IMG/VR virus record: IMGVR_UViG_3300005537_000031
Coordinates: 1 to 56,614 of that record
Source: a virus
Taxonomy: Duplodnaviria > Caudoviricetes
Length of the DNA: 56,614 nucleotides
Reading direction: 5' to 3' (one strand)
In this document: piece by piece, positions 19,443 through 28,655 of the stretch
How positions within the stretch are numbered: position 1 is the stretch's first letter
Layout of the letters: every line of letters starts with the position of its first letter
Notes under the pieces: generated by a model
Told to the model about the DNA's origin: nothing
Database searches by the model: none
The model's input: the letters and a program-made list of their open reading frames with translations, nothing else
Translations under genes and position numbers: made by a program

Positions 19443-19711
19443 TTATCTGAAATACTTAATCTGTAACTATCAATCTATCCTCGGAAACCGAAACCCTTGA
19501 CTCCAGCCTCAATGCTGGTTTGTTATGATCCATTAATATGCTAGACGTTAACCTCTCCAACTCTTGTTATGAATCCTGCCAGCGTTTGTAGTACGTGTTG
19601 CGGACGGCTATTTGGTCAGTTAAATCCGACCTCTCCTGTTTCGATAAACAAATTATCGTAGGCTCACTACATAAGAACATAGATCACACTCCTTATCTAA
19701 AATATTTAATC
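19443..19711. repeat. 19-bp imperfect direct repeats flanking an AT-rich insert
   Basis: TTATCTGAAATACTTAATC (19443-19461) and TTATCTAAAATATTTAATC (19693-19711). Confidence 0.7.
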
Positions 19712-19965
19712 CTACCCAGCTTGTCTTTCTCCACCGAGCGTGCCCGCTTGTACTGCTGCATCGAAGGATGCTCGGCCACGAACCGCTTGAACTCCAGCGC
19801 GGTGCGCACCTGCACGGAGATGATCTTGCGGATGTCCCGGCAGGCGGTGCAACCGAAGCAATAATGAGTCACGTATCCGCGCTCGCGGTGCTCCTCTACG
19901 AGGATCATGGAATCGCGCGGGGCTTCTGGCGGGTGATCGGGTGATTTACAAAGTGGAGTGTTCAT
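19693..19965 (-). CDS. Small Cys/His protein
   Basis: 90 aa with C..H and CxxCxxC. Confidence 0.55.
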   Translation of the reverse strand: MNTPLCKSPDHPPEAPRDSMILVEEHRERGYVTHYCFGCTACRDIRKIISVQVRTALEFKRFVAEHPSMQQYKRARSVEKDKLGRIKYFR

Positions 19966-20102
19966 TCATTCACCCACTGACGAAACCAGTACACGGCAGA
20001 CATCCACGTAGGAAAGTATGTGTTACTTCCCTCCGGACGCGACAGCCTCCAAGGCTTCCCCTGAAATAATGGGCTTGGCATGTAAAACAGTTTCCATTTC
20101 AT
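19962..20102 (-). CDS. 46-aa Trp-rich hypothetical protein
   Basis: MKWKLFY...WFRQWVNE, translated by hand; fills the gap with an ATGA overlap. Confidence 0.4.
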   Translation of the reverse strand: MKWKLFYMPSPLFQGKPWRLSRPEGSNTYFPTWMSAVYWFRQWVNE

Positions 20103-20103
20103 G

Positions 20104-20829
20104 TCAGTGCCTCGCTCCGAAGCGACGAATCACTCCGCTGCCACGGCACACCGGACATGGAGCCTGAGACACGCCACCGTCGGGGAGTGCTACCTGCATG
20201 GTCCCGCTGCCACCGCACCTGCCGCAGGGATCGCTCGCCTGTCCTGCCTCGGCCCTGCGGAGATTGTTCATCGCCTTGCGTCGCGCGGCGGGAGTGTCGG
20301 CCATGTTCACCTGTACGGAGGCTTCCTCTACGAGGTCAGTGGAGTGCGCGTCTAACTCTGCTTCGGCTTCCGCTGCGATGCGAGTGGCTTCCGCTTGCGG
20401 GTCTTCACCCGCTTCAGCTTCCATCTCTTCCGTGGCCGAGGACTGAATCCTATCAGGTCTATGAGTTGTAACGTTGGCATGTTGCCCTCCTCCCGCAGCG
20501 TTCACCGCAAACATCTTCGTGTCTGTCGGTGTCACCAGCATCAGCGACTCCACATCGGCGGGGAGAGACTGCACCACGGCGGACACCACGCCCGAGAATG
20601 CCAGGTCGTGGATGCGCAGCACCGCGATGGCTCCGTGGCGAAAGAGAGACAGTACGGGTGGAGCAGCTTCGAGGGAGCGCGGGCCAGCGGTCGCGGATGC
20701 CGCTGGCTGAGAGGTTACGCTCCCACTGCGCGGGATAAAATGTCCCCACGAGTTACGTTGTCGTGGCGTCGTCGGCGGCGGTGCTGTGTTGGTCGGTGTC
20801 TGCATGGTTGTCTTCTTCCGGGTTGGCAT
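20104..20829 (-). CDS. Hypothetical protein with a C-terminal DnaJ-type zinc finger
   Basis: CGRCGGSG...CPVCRGSG. Confidence 0.6.
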   Translation of the reverse strand: MPTRKKTTMQTPTNTAPPPTTPRQRNSWGHFIPRSGSVTSQPAASATAGPRSLEAAPPVLSLFRHGAIAVLRIHDLAFSGVVSAVVQSLPADVESLMLVTPTDTKMFAVNAAGGGQHANVTTHRPDRIQSSATEEMEAEAGEDPQAEATRIAAEAEAELDAHSTDLVEEASVQVNMADTPAARRKAMNNLRRAEAGQASDPCGRCGGSGTMQVALPDGGVSQAPCPVCRGSGVIRRFGARH

Positions 20830-21196
20830 TGGGATACTTTACTCCTTCGTGCAACTGCATGGTGTTGACATCGCGCAGGAGGTCGTCCAGTTCGCGGTCG
20901 AGGCCCGCGCCTTCGACGATCTTGAATTCCTCCGTGAACTCTGGCACCGCGTTCCCCGCCGTCATGAAATCCTTCATCGTGCGCCAGTCATGTCCCGCTG
21001 GGGCGTCGGTCATCAGCCCGGTCTCTAGCCGTCCGGCTACGGTGCCGTCTTTGTGATAGCGGACGAGGGAATCCTTACGCAAGGTTTGATGAATCCGCTG
21101 GCGATTGGCCTCGCGGTACGACTCGCGGAGTTCTTCAAAACTGCGCTGTCCATCGGCGGGAAGGACTATGCCATCGCGCTGGAGGGAGTCGCTCAC
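20753..21196 (-). CDS. Hypothetical protein
   Basis: 147 aa; GTGA overlap. Confidence 0.55.
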   Translation of the reverse strand: MSDSLQRDGIVLPADGQRSFEELRESYREANRQRIHQTLRKDSLVRYHKDGTVAGRLETGLMTDAPAGHDWRTMKDFMTAGNAVPEFTEEFKIVEGAGLDRELDDLLRDVNTMQLHEGVKYPNANPEEDNHADTDQHSTAADDATTT

Positions 21197-21534
21197 GGCT
21201 GCGCTGCCTCGGACATCTCGGGGATAGCGGCTCCGGTATCGGCAGCGACTGGTTCCACCACCGCAGGTTCATCCATCTGTGCCGTGACCACCGGAGCAAT
21301 CGTCACCGTGATCTCATCGCCGATCTCCAGCGTCCCGCGCTGGAGTGATTCCATGCCCACCACGAAGATCGAGGCTGGCGCGCCGGGTGGATAGATCGTC
21401 ACCGCCAGGCGCACGTCCTGATCGAACTCGTGATCCACCGGATTTCCCAGCACGTCCACCGGGCCGTTGCGATGCGCGCGCCCGGTGATCCAGCCGCGCA
21501 TGGTGATGGATCCATCTTTGTTGACAGGATTCAT
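21193..21534 (-). CDS. Hypothetical protein
   Basis: 113 aa within the operon. Confidence 0.55.
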   Translation of the reverse strand: MNPVNKDGSITMRGWITGRAHRNGPVDVLGNPVDHEFDQDVRLAVTIYPPGAPASIFVVGMESLQRGTLEIGDEITVTIAPVVTAQMDEPAVVEPVAADTGAAIPEMSEAAQP

Positions 21535-21538
21535 GAGA

Positions 21539-22111
21539 TCAGTAGCCTCCGAAGATCATGATTGAGCTACCAGCGAGGAAGCTGTTGGCCCCGAGGCACT
21601 GCACGCTTAGGGAGATGATCTGCGCGGTGGTGTTGACCCACTCAATGCTATCGTGCAGGAATCCCAGCGCGGCAGTACCAGCGGCCCCGGTTGCCTGAGT
21701 CACACGCCCAGTGAAAGTCTTGGACTTGGCCAAGGCATTGATGCCGGTATACACCGCCGATATGGGAAGCGTGTTCGACGCTGCCGGGCCTCCGATGCGA
21801 CCGGCGGTGATTGAGGTGTTACCCGCCGCATCCACGACCACAACGCCTCCAGCTACTGCGGTCAGGTGCCTATCCGCGTAGTTGGCCCCGGTGTCGCCGT
21901 TGAATCGGATGGTGGCCTGGTCGGCTCCGGTGAAGCCAAGGAGGTTGAGTCTTATCTCCAGCGACGGATAGGCTCCGAAGGGAAGCGTGGGGAACGCGGC
22001 GGCATTGGCCGTGAGTGTAGCCCCGGTGATGTAGAACGGCGGGATCACGCTGTCAAAGCCGTAGGACTGGCCGAGGGCGGCGGTGAATTGTCCGGGGTTG
22101 ATGGTTGCCAT
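21539..22111 (-). CDS. Beta-sandwich virion-like protein
   Basis: IRFNGDTGANY and WVNTTAQIISL..FLAGSSIMIFG resemble phage tail-fibre tip modules; AGGAG RBS. Confidence 0.5.
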   Translation of the reverse strand: MATINPGQFTAALGQSYGFDSVIPPFYITGATLTANAAAFPTLPFGAYPSLEIRLNLLGFTGADQATIRFNGDTGANYADRHLTAVAGGVVVVDAAGNTSITAGRIGGPAASNTLPISAVYTGINALAKSKTFTGRVTQATGAAGTAALGFLHDSIEWVNTTAQIISLSVQCLGANSFLAGSSIMIFGGY

Positions 22112-22178
22112 GGCGGGGGCTCCTAGTGTTGATTCGATTGCTGCATCGCGATGAGCGTACTACTATTGTGGGGCGGGG

Positions 22179-22376
22179 TCAATGGGAATCCTCCTGCCGC
22201 CGTGATTCTCTTGCCTCGACCGCCGCGTACAGCAGCGTCTCACACAGGTTGTTCAGCGTTCGGTTCGTGGCCTTGGCGTAGTCCCGCAGCCGGGTTATGA
22301 GAGATTTATCGAGGCGGATGTGAACCGACTCGGAGACGCGGATGCGGCGGGGCGTGGATGTTGGAGCGTGGGTCAT
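22179..22376 (-). CDS. Ribbon-helix-helix regulator
   Basis: SVHIRLDKSLITRLRDYAKATNRTLNNLCETLL, Arc/CopG pattern; GGAG before ATG 22376. Confidence 0.7.
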   Translation of the reverse strand: MTHAPTSTPRRIRVSESVHIRLDKSLITRLRDYAKATNRTLNNLCETLLYAAVEARESRRQEDSH

Positions 22377-22618
22377 ATTAATCTCCACATAATTAAAACC
22401 AACAACAGGATCATACCACAGCCGACCACCCATGGAATATTTATTTTATATTGAGATGACCTTGCGCCGCTCTCACCTGCCGTAGCCCTCGCGTGCGACC
22501 CCCGGGCTCGGGATCGCGGGCAAGGGTGGTCATTGCAGTCGCAGGCGAATGAATAGTACCGCGTCAAGTCACACACGTAGCGAGATGACTACAACAACAA
22601 CTCACTCAGATCTGGTGA

Positions 22619-22825
22619 CTACTCCAGCGGCAACGTGGTTGGAGTCTTAGCCCTAGCCTTAGCAGCTGCCTCCGCCCGTCGCTGTTCCCGTGTGAGCGGC
22701 ACCGGCGGCGGTGGTTGTCTAATCCCCTTGCGACGCATGGCCGCGCGTGATCGCCGCTGCATCATCCAGCGTCCCCAGGCAGAGGAGTGCTTATCTTTCG
22801 GCATGTCGGACGGTCGCCAGCCCAT
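22619..22825 (-). CDS. Small basic hypothetical protein
   Basis: 68 aa; TGGTAGCTT extended -10 lies 8 nt upstream (leaderless candidate). Confidence 0.45.
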   Translation of the reverse strand: MGWRPSDMPKDKHSSAWGRWMMQRRSRAAMRRKGIRQPPPPVPLTREQRRAEAAAKARAKTPTTLPLE

Positions 22826-22922
22826 CGCTTAACAAGCTACCACGGATTCTTATACCGATAACCATATTCTTGTGACAAAAAGTGCTACTTCCCGCGTGTT
22901 TTCCACAGACTGCCATTATTTG

Positions 22923-22969
22923 TCTAAGGTGATTTTGTTATTGACATGGGATACTCCCGGCGCAATAAT
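22923..22969 (+). promoter_or_regulatory. Sigma70-type early promoter with an operator-like palindrome in the spacer
   Basis: TTGACA-17 nt-AATAAT; GGGATACTCCC in the spacer; 17-bp upstream box shared with 28656. Confidence 0.75.
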
Positions 22970-23160
22970 AGCGCTTGTATGGGATTCAATATCGCAAGCT
23001 GCTGACCATTGATCGCAGGGCAGCTGCTAGCTATTAGGAATTCATCCAGTATTCCTTCCCTTGCAGTCAGCAGAGTTTCAGGTCTATTGAGCACATCGCT
23101 GAATCATTCAAGCGGTAATGAGAACCAGTCGGACAGACTTTAAACGGAGGATTTTTCACC

Positions 23161-23361
23161 ATGTCAGATTTCACGGTCAACATGCCAGTGCGGTACACAG
23201 CGGCGTACCGGGCCAAGTTCGCCAGTATCAAAGACGACACGCGGACGTTTTATGTTGCGGCCATTAAGGACAGGGGAAATTATGTTCCTGTGCTCACGCT
23301 GGCGGACGCGGGAGGGAAGGTTGTTTCCAGCATACTCGCTGAGAATGTGGAAGCGGCTTAG
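23161..23361 (+). CDS. Early hypothetical protein
   Basis: GGAGG RBS; first gene after the promoter. Confidence 0.6.
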   Translation: MSDFTVNMPVRYTAAYRAKFASIKDDTRTFYVAAIKDRGNYVPVLTLADAGGKVVSSILAENVEAA

Positions 23362-23421
23362 CCGTCGCTAGGACGCAGCCGGCCAGCACGCGGGCTGCGT
23401 CTTGTGGGAGGGCTAATCATC

Positions 23422-23631
23422 ATGGTGTGGATCAATGAGAACGAACGTACCGGGCAACGGAAGATACAAGAGGTAAGGGACGGTAAACGAGTAGCCGCTT
23501 TCCTTCACTTGAATGATCCGTTTCAGGATGCGGTCCCGTGCTGGCATCCGGACAAGATACATCCACGCGAACCGCATCCGTTGGAAACGCTGGCCTCCCG
23601 CATGGGCAATAACAACGCATTCAGGAAGTAG
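23422..23631 (+). CDS. Early hypothetical protein
   Basis: GGAGG before MVWINE. Confidence 0.5.
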   Translation: MVWINENERTGQRKIQEVRDGKRVAAFLHLNDPFQDAVPCWHPDKIHPREPHPLETLASRMGNNNAFRK

Positions 23632-23677
23632 AGACGGCGCAATTCCGCGCAACGACACGGAGGGAGGAGCACGCACA

Positions 23678-23821
23678 ATGAAGGAATATAGAGTCACGTT
23701 CTTAGTAGAAGCTGACAACGAACAGGCGGCAGTTGATGCGGTTTACGACCGTCTTGGCGATGGCGGCGAGGCTGACGAGGTAGAAATGAACTTTTCATCC
23801 GGGCCGATCGAGACGAATTAA
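23678..23821 (+). CDS. Small acidic early protein
   Basis: GGAGG before MKEYRVTF. Confidence 0.55.
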   Translation: MKEYRVTFLVEADNEQAAVDAVYDRLGDGGEADEVEMNFSSGPIETN

Positions 23822-23858
23822 CACGGGGGACACCCATTTAAAACGGAGGATTGGGAAA

Positions 23859-24047
23859 ATGACGGACACGCCTAAAGTAAACGATCAGTTCAAAGACGAT
23901 AATGGCAAGCTGCACCGCATTGAAGAGGTGACAGGCAACGCTTTCCGCATCACCTTTGCAGGCACACCCGCATGGTTCATGTTCTCAGCCTGTGAGATTT
24001 ATTCGCACGGCGCGGGTACGATCAACTACTGGCAGGTGAAGCCATGA
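23859..24047 (+). CDS. Early hypothetical protein
   Basis: TTTAAAACGGAGGATT leader, nearly identical to that of 23161. Confidence 0.55.
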   Translation: MTDTPKVNDQFKDDNGKLHRIEEVTGNAFRITFAGTPAWFMFSACEIYSHGAGTINYWQVKP

Positions 24048-24250
24048 CCACGACGAAACTCGCCCACGAACCAGAGACGCAAGTAGTTATATACGAATGT
24101 GGTATCTGCTCCTGCTATCACCCTTGGGACTGGGATGGAGATTGCCGGGATGATGACAACCGGATTACCGATCTTGAACCATTGGAAGCTGCATTCGGCG
24201 TTAACAACGTGATTGTGCGCAGCTGGGAAGAGAGATGCGCCAATGACTAA
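24044..24250 (+). CDS. Small Cys-rich hypothetical protein
   Basis: YECGICSCYHPWDWDGDCRDD. Confidence 0.6.
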   Translation: MTTTKLAHEPETQVVIYECGICSCYHPWDWDGDCRDDDNRITDLEPLEAAFGVNNVIVRSWEERCAND

Positions 24251-24650
24251 CACTAAAGCCAAGTTGGAATTCGTGTGGGCGATGGCCCGCTACACCTCCG
24301 CGACTGTGCGGCAGTGCGAGGAGTTGATGCGGTACGCGGGAACACTATGGAGGTTGGAACGATATCATAGTCTGGCGTCTATCGCCAAGCGGGAGCGACT
24401 CCGGGGGAGGGTGACGGAGCTTTGCTGGGAGATTACCGAACCTCGCGCACATCAGGTTTGTACCAATGCGTTGGCATGGTGGCACAGTGACGCGAGGCGA
24501 ATGCTGGCGAAGGAACCTGCATGGGTGGAAGTCGCCAGAGAAATTCACGGCAAGAAACCTACCACATACAAAGAAACGTGCATTCCTAGATTCAGTGAAC
24601 GCTTGATAATCTGCGTCCCTGGCGGCGAGGGAATCGTGGTGCCGGCATGA
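24243..24650 (+). CDS. Hypothetical protein
   Basis: Overlapping start MTNTK. Confidence 0.5.
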   Translation: MTNTKAKLEFVWAMARYTSATVRQCEELMRYAGTLWRLERYHSLASIAKRERLRGRVTELCWEITEPRAHQVCTNALAWWHSDARRMLAKEPAWVEVAREIHGKKPTTYKETCIPRFSERLIICVPGGEGIVVPA

Positions 24651-24878
24651 CCGCCTTTGACCGCTTTATGGCCCAATGGCGGGAACAGAACTACCGGCTG
24701 TTGGAACAGGAACACAATTCAACAAAGGAGAATGAGGAACATGAACAGGATCACGATTGACATAGCGCTGTGGCTGGGGTTCGCGGCGGCGCTGGCGCAC
24801 GGTCACATAAGGCTACACCTGCGGCCACCGAGCCAGGAACCACCGCCGGTGGTCTGCCAGTTCTGCAAGTGAGAAATC

Positions 24879-25067
24879 ATGGCCAGGCGAGCGACCAATC
24901 CGGAGATCATCGCGGCCATGAACGTGATGTGCCAGCGCGAGGCGGAGGTCACGGCGGAGGAGCTGGAGAGGATCACGCGGGAGTGTCAGCGCAGTCGTAG
25001 GGATGATTATACGGAGTTTGACTGGAGGGAATATGCAGTGGAGTGGATATCAGACGGCGATTTATGA
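24879..25067 (+). CDS. Hypothetical protein
   Basis: 62 aa within the operon. Confidence 0.45.
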   Translation: MARRATNPEIIAAMNVMCQREAEVTAEELERITRECQRSRRDDYTEFDWREYAVEWISDGDL

Positions 25068-26736
25068 CGCATTTGAGCATGGCGGGGAATCGCTGCTCAT
25101 CGAGGCGGTCGCTGGCAGCGGGAAGACTACTGTGCTGGTGGAACTGTCGCGCATCATGCAGCGAGCGTTCCCCCAGCAGCGAGGCGTGTTCCTGGCGTTC
25201 AACAAGTCCATCGCGATGGAGCTGCAATCCCGCATCGACGCGAGGAACGTCCAGGCGATGACCCTGCATAGCGCAGGATGGGCCGCGTGGCGCAGGGCCG
25301 GGGGACTGGACTGGACACCGCAGCTGGACAGTCTCAAGACCTCGAAGATCATGCGGGAGGTGTTGAGCTATGAGGAGAATAAGCGATGGGGTGAGACGAC
25401 GCGGAGGCTGGTGGGGTATGCGAAGGGGATTGGGCTGGTTCCTCAGCTGGCCACGGTTAATTACATCGAGAATTACGCCTCTGGCGTGAGTGGCGGCATT
25501 CCCTGCCGTGGGCTGGTGGAAGACACTCCCGAGGCGTGGGAAGGTCTGATGGATCACTATTCGCTCGATGCGGATGAATGCAACATTGACTGCGTGCGGA
25601 GGGTGCTGGCTAGGTCGATTGAGGTTCTGCGCGATGTCTGTGATTTTGATGATATGTTATTCGCCCCAGTGATAGCTGGCGTTCCTTTCGACAAGTACGA
25701 TGTGGTGCTGGTGGACGAGGCGCAGGATGTCAGCGGGATTCAGATGGAGATGATTGGGAGGATGGTTGGCGGTGAGCATCCAAGGTGTGATTGTCCCCCC
25801 TACTACGCCAAGGAGGATGCTCCGCTGGCTGATTTCTGTCCTGTGCATGGGCTGGAGGAGTATCGCAAGGCAGCAGGAGGCAGAGTCATAGCCGTCGGTG
25901 ACCGCGCGCAGGCCATCTACGGCTTCCGTGGTGCTGGGACTACCAGCATGGATGAGTTGCAGCGGCGGTTCGGGATGAAGGAGCTGCCGCTGTCGGTGAG
26001 CTATCGCTGTCCGCAGGATGTGGTGAGCTGGGCTCAACAGTGGGTGCCGCAGATTGAATGGGCAGACACGGCAGACTTTGGCTTCGTAGGGAAGGAAGGC
26101 ACGGATTGGAAGGGACAAGCAGAGATCGCGCTGGAGGGAATATCCAAGTGGAAAGGGATTGGGGATTTCCAGCCAGGCGACGCCATCCTCTGCCGGCTGA
26201 CTCGGCCGCTGGTCGCCGCGGCGTTCATGCTGATCAGGAATCGTATCGCCTGCCGGGTGCTGGGGAGGGATATAGGAAAGGGACTGGTTGACCTCATGAA
26301 GAAGGCCAAATCGCTACAGAATGCCCAGCTTGAGGCGTTTGACCGCTGGCTGGAGGATTACGAACACCGAGAGGTTCAGCGCCTCAGGAACAAGAACAAG
26401 CACGCACAGGCTGGGCTGCTGGTGGATCGCATAGATACTATTCGCGTGTTTATGGACCAACTGGGGGATGCTACGGTGCCGGAGCTGATAGCGGAGATCG
26501 AACGCCTGTTCGTGGACAATGGCGGAGCCTCGGGGATGGTGACATTGGCGACCTGCCATAAGGCGAAGGGTCTCCAATGGCCTAGAGTATTCATTTTGGA
26601 TGCTTCAAAATATATGCCTTGTCCCTGGGCCCGTGGAAGTGGCTGGGAACAAAATCAGGAGAAAAACCTCCAATATGTAGCCGCGACACGCACTATGCGC
26701 GAGCTTCGTTATATAACATCGGAAGATTTGAGATAA
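25033..26736 (+). CDS. UvrD/Rep-like SF1A helicase
   Basis: AVAGSGKT, LVDEAQD, VGDRAQAIYGFRGA, SYRCP, TCHKAKGLQW, YVAATR. Confidence 0.93.
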   Translation: MQWSGYQTAIYDAFEHGGESLLIEAVAGSGKTTVLVELSRIMQRAFPQQRGVFLAFNKSIAMELQSRIDARNVQAMTLHSAGWAAWRRAGGLDWTPQLDSLKTSKIMREVLSYEENKRWGETTRRLVGYAKGIGLVPQLATVNYIENYASGVSGGIPCRGLVEDTPEAWEGLMDHYSLDADECNIDCVRRVLARSIEVLRDVCDFDDMLFAPVIAGVPFDKYDVVLVDEAQDVSGIQMEMIGRMVGGEHPRCDCPPYYAKEDAPLADFCPVHGLEEYRKAAGGRVIAVGDRAQAIYGFRGAGTTSMDELQRRFGMKELPLSVSYRCPQDVVSWAQQWVPQIEWADTADFGFVGKEGTDWKGQAEIALEGISKWKGIGDFQPGDAILCRLTRPLVAAAFMLIRNRIACRVLGRDIGKGLVDLMKKAKSLQNAQLEAFDRWLEDYEHREVQRLRNKNKHAQAGLLVDRIDTIRVFMDQLGDATVPELIAEIERLFVDNGGASGMVTLATCHKAKGLQWPRVFILDASKYMPCPWARGSGWEQNQEKNLQYVAATRTMRELRYITSEDLR

Positions 26737-26744
26737 TGCTTGCA

Positions 26745-26780
26745 ATGGTGACTCTCTCATATTAAAAAGAGAGTCACCAT
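26745..26780 (+). promoter_or_regulatory. Hairpin covering the endonuclease start
   Basis: Perfect 13-bp stem ATGGTGACTCTCT/AGAGAGTCACCAT with a 10-nt loop. Confidence 0.7.
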
Positions 26781-27303
26781 GAACGAAAAACGTTGCAATA
26801 AATGTGGAGAAACTAAGTCAGCATCAGAATTCGGGCTCAGAGTTAGAAACGGTAAATCGTATTTGATGCCCAGATGTAAGCCTTGTAGGTATGTCGAGGC
26901 TCGCAAATGGCGAGCGGCTAATCCCGATAAGGTGAGAGAGCATGGAAAACGCTGGAGAACCTCCAATCCCGATGCCGTGAAGCGACTAAAGAAGCTATAT
27001 CGGCTTCACCATCCTGATCGGGTAAAAGCGCAGATAAAAGCCTCTTTAGCGAAACGCTGGGAAGATAAGTATAAGCCAGAGCGTTGGCGAAAATGGCTAC
27101 GAACTAAATATGGGATTACTGAGGAACATTTCGATGATCTGGTCAAGAAGCAGCACAATAAATGCGCTATCTGCAAGAACGGACAGAGCCAGGGGCCGCG
27201 CCGGCGGGAAGAAGCAACGGGAACTGGAGACAGGAGATTGTTCCAAGGCAATAGAACAGGTATTGAACGGGTGGCTAGAGATGGAAGTGATGAATGTGGT
27301 TAG
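26779..27303 (+). pseudogene. Truncated Endonuclease VII-like HNH homing endonuclease
   Basis: KRCNKCGETK...CKPC and LRTKYGITEE...QHNKCAIC are present, but the expected DH...GLLC..CN catalytic part is absent. Confidence 0.7.
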
Positions 27304-27416
27304 GAGTGTACAGTGAGCGGCCACCTTCACATCCGCGCCGGATGGCTGATCGCGGGCGCAGCTCTCCTGTGGGTATTACTGCGAGGGTGCTAGATGTGGG
27401 CGGGAGCGGTGAATAT

Positions 27417-28469
27417 TCACGCCGACGGTGGAGCATTATTCATGATTATCCATTTCAACTGCTTCAATTCAGCGGCGGGAGCATACCGGCTTACCCAGTC
27501 GGACACCTCAGTCATCTCGTTTCCACACTTCTTACAACATTTACGAGGTGTGATTGGCTTCTGTGAGGCGTTGGTTACAGTATCAACCTCCTCTGTAACT
27601 GACGCCTCGGCAGCCGCCACTCCATCTTCAACTTGCAACGTGTCCTCATCCAGCAGGAGGTCTTTCTTGAGCATCTGGCCGTGGGAGCGGATGAGCCGGA
27701 GGTTGTTGGCTACTAGTTCGATCTGTGCGCAGGTCTCAGGCGACTTAGGAGGGCGGTGGGACATTACCTCCTTCACTCCCTCGCGGATGTATCCTCCCGG
27801 CTGGACGGAATGTGTGTTGCATCCAGGCGCCACGCCACGGGCGAGGGCTGAGAAATACAGCTCCCCCCACCAGAGGACGCGAGCGGCAAGGCGGAAGCGT
27901 CCGGGATCGAGGCCGTGGTCGGAAGTCTCAATGGTGACGTGGGATATTGCGCCGGTGCCGGGGCGGGGATCTCTGAATTTCTTTATCCACTGTGAAATGG
28001 ACTGGTTGAAGGCTTGGATTTCCTCGCGGGAGGGGACGGTATCTTGGCTGGGAAGGTGCATGTATATGCAGTGGTACTGCTTCAGCGTTCGCATATACGG
28101 CTGGTTGTCCCAGAACTTTGTGATACGTTCCTCAGAGAGCCGAGGCGCGCAATCATGGCAGGTCTTCAGCCTGCAAGTGCGATGCTGCTCCTCTGTCTGG
28201 TCGGGATGGTCCTTGCAGCGGAAGAACCGCTTGGAGCCGCATTCGTCGGCGCGTCGGGATTTGGACTCCAGACCGAGGGCGAATAGGGCTTTGGCGAAGG
28301 GGGACTTGGGCTGCCATATGGATTGCGTCTCGGATTCCAGGGCGAGCATGATCTCCTCGTGCGAGGGTTCAGGCGCGCGGCAGGGCTGCACGGAGTCGAG
28401 GGAGGGGTCGTTGATTAAGGGGAGGGCGGGTGTAATCGACGTGCGAGGGGTGTTGCATGCGGTTTGCAT
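27417..28469 (-). CDS. HUH Rep/IS91-transposase-like protein with degenerate catalytic motifs
   Basis: N-terminal ECG..C...CRLKTCHDC zinc domain, LRLIRSHGQML and terminal CKKCG; no HUH and no YxxK. Confidence 0.55.
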   Translation of the reverse strand: MQTACNTPRTSITPALPLINDPSLDSVQPCRAPEPSHEEIMLALESETQSIWQPKSPFAKALFALGLESKSRRADECGSKRFFRCKDHPDQTEEQHRTCRLKTCHDCAPRLSEERITKFWDNQPYMRTLKQYHCIYMHLPSQDTVPSREEIQAFNQSISQWIKKFRDPRPGTGAISHVTIETSDHGLDPGRFRLAARVLWWGELYFSALARGVAPGCNTHSVQPGGYIREGVKEVMSHRPPKSPETCAQIELVANNLRLIRSHGQMLKKDLLLDEDTLQVEDGVAAAEASVTEEVDTVTNASQKPITPRKCCKKCGNEMTEVSDWVSRYAPAAELKQLKWIIMNNAPPSA

Positions 28470-28631
28470 ACACTTTAGTCCTTTCTGATTGTAAGAACCC
28501 GTTTTTGGGAGCTTGCACTAATCCTCTCAGAAAACGGGTGGGGAAGCAGGTTACCCCACTTCCCCGGTTCTTATCGAAAGGACGTGTATGTTCCCGTTGT
28601 GAGATTAAGCAGGAGAGGGAGAGGTTGTCAA
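28467..28631 (-). promoter_or_regulatory. Promoter and structured leader of the Rep-like gene
   Basis: TTGACA (28631-28626), 18 nt, TAATCT (28607-28602); nested inverted repeats cover the SD and ATG. Confidence 0.65.
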
Positions 28632-28655
28632 GCCTCTAAGGTAATTTTTATTTGA

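Noticed and set aside
27394-28488. 364-aa plus-strand ORF
   Set aside because: Antisense shadow of the Rep-like gene, Ser/Arg-rich, with no motifs
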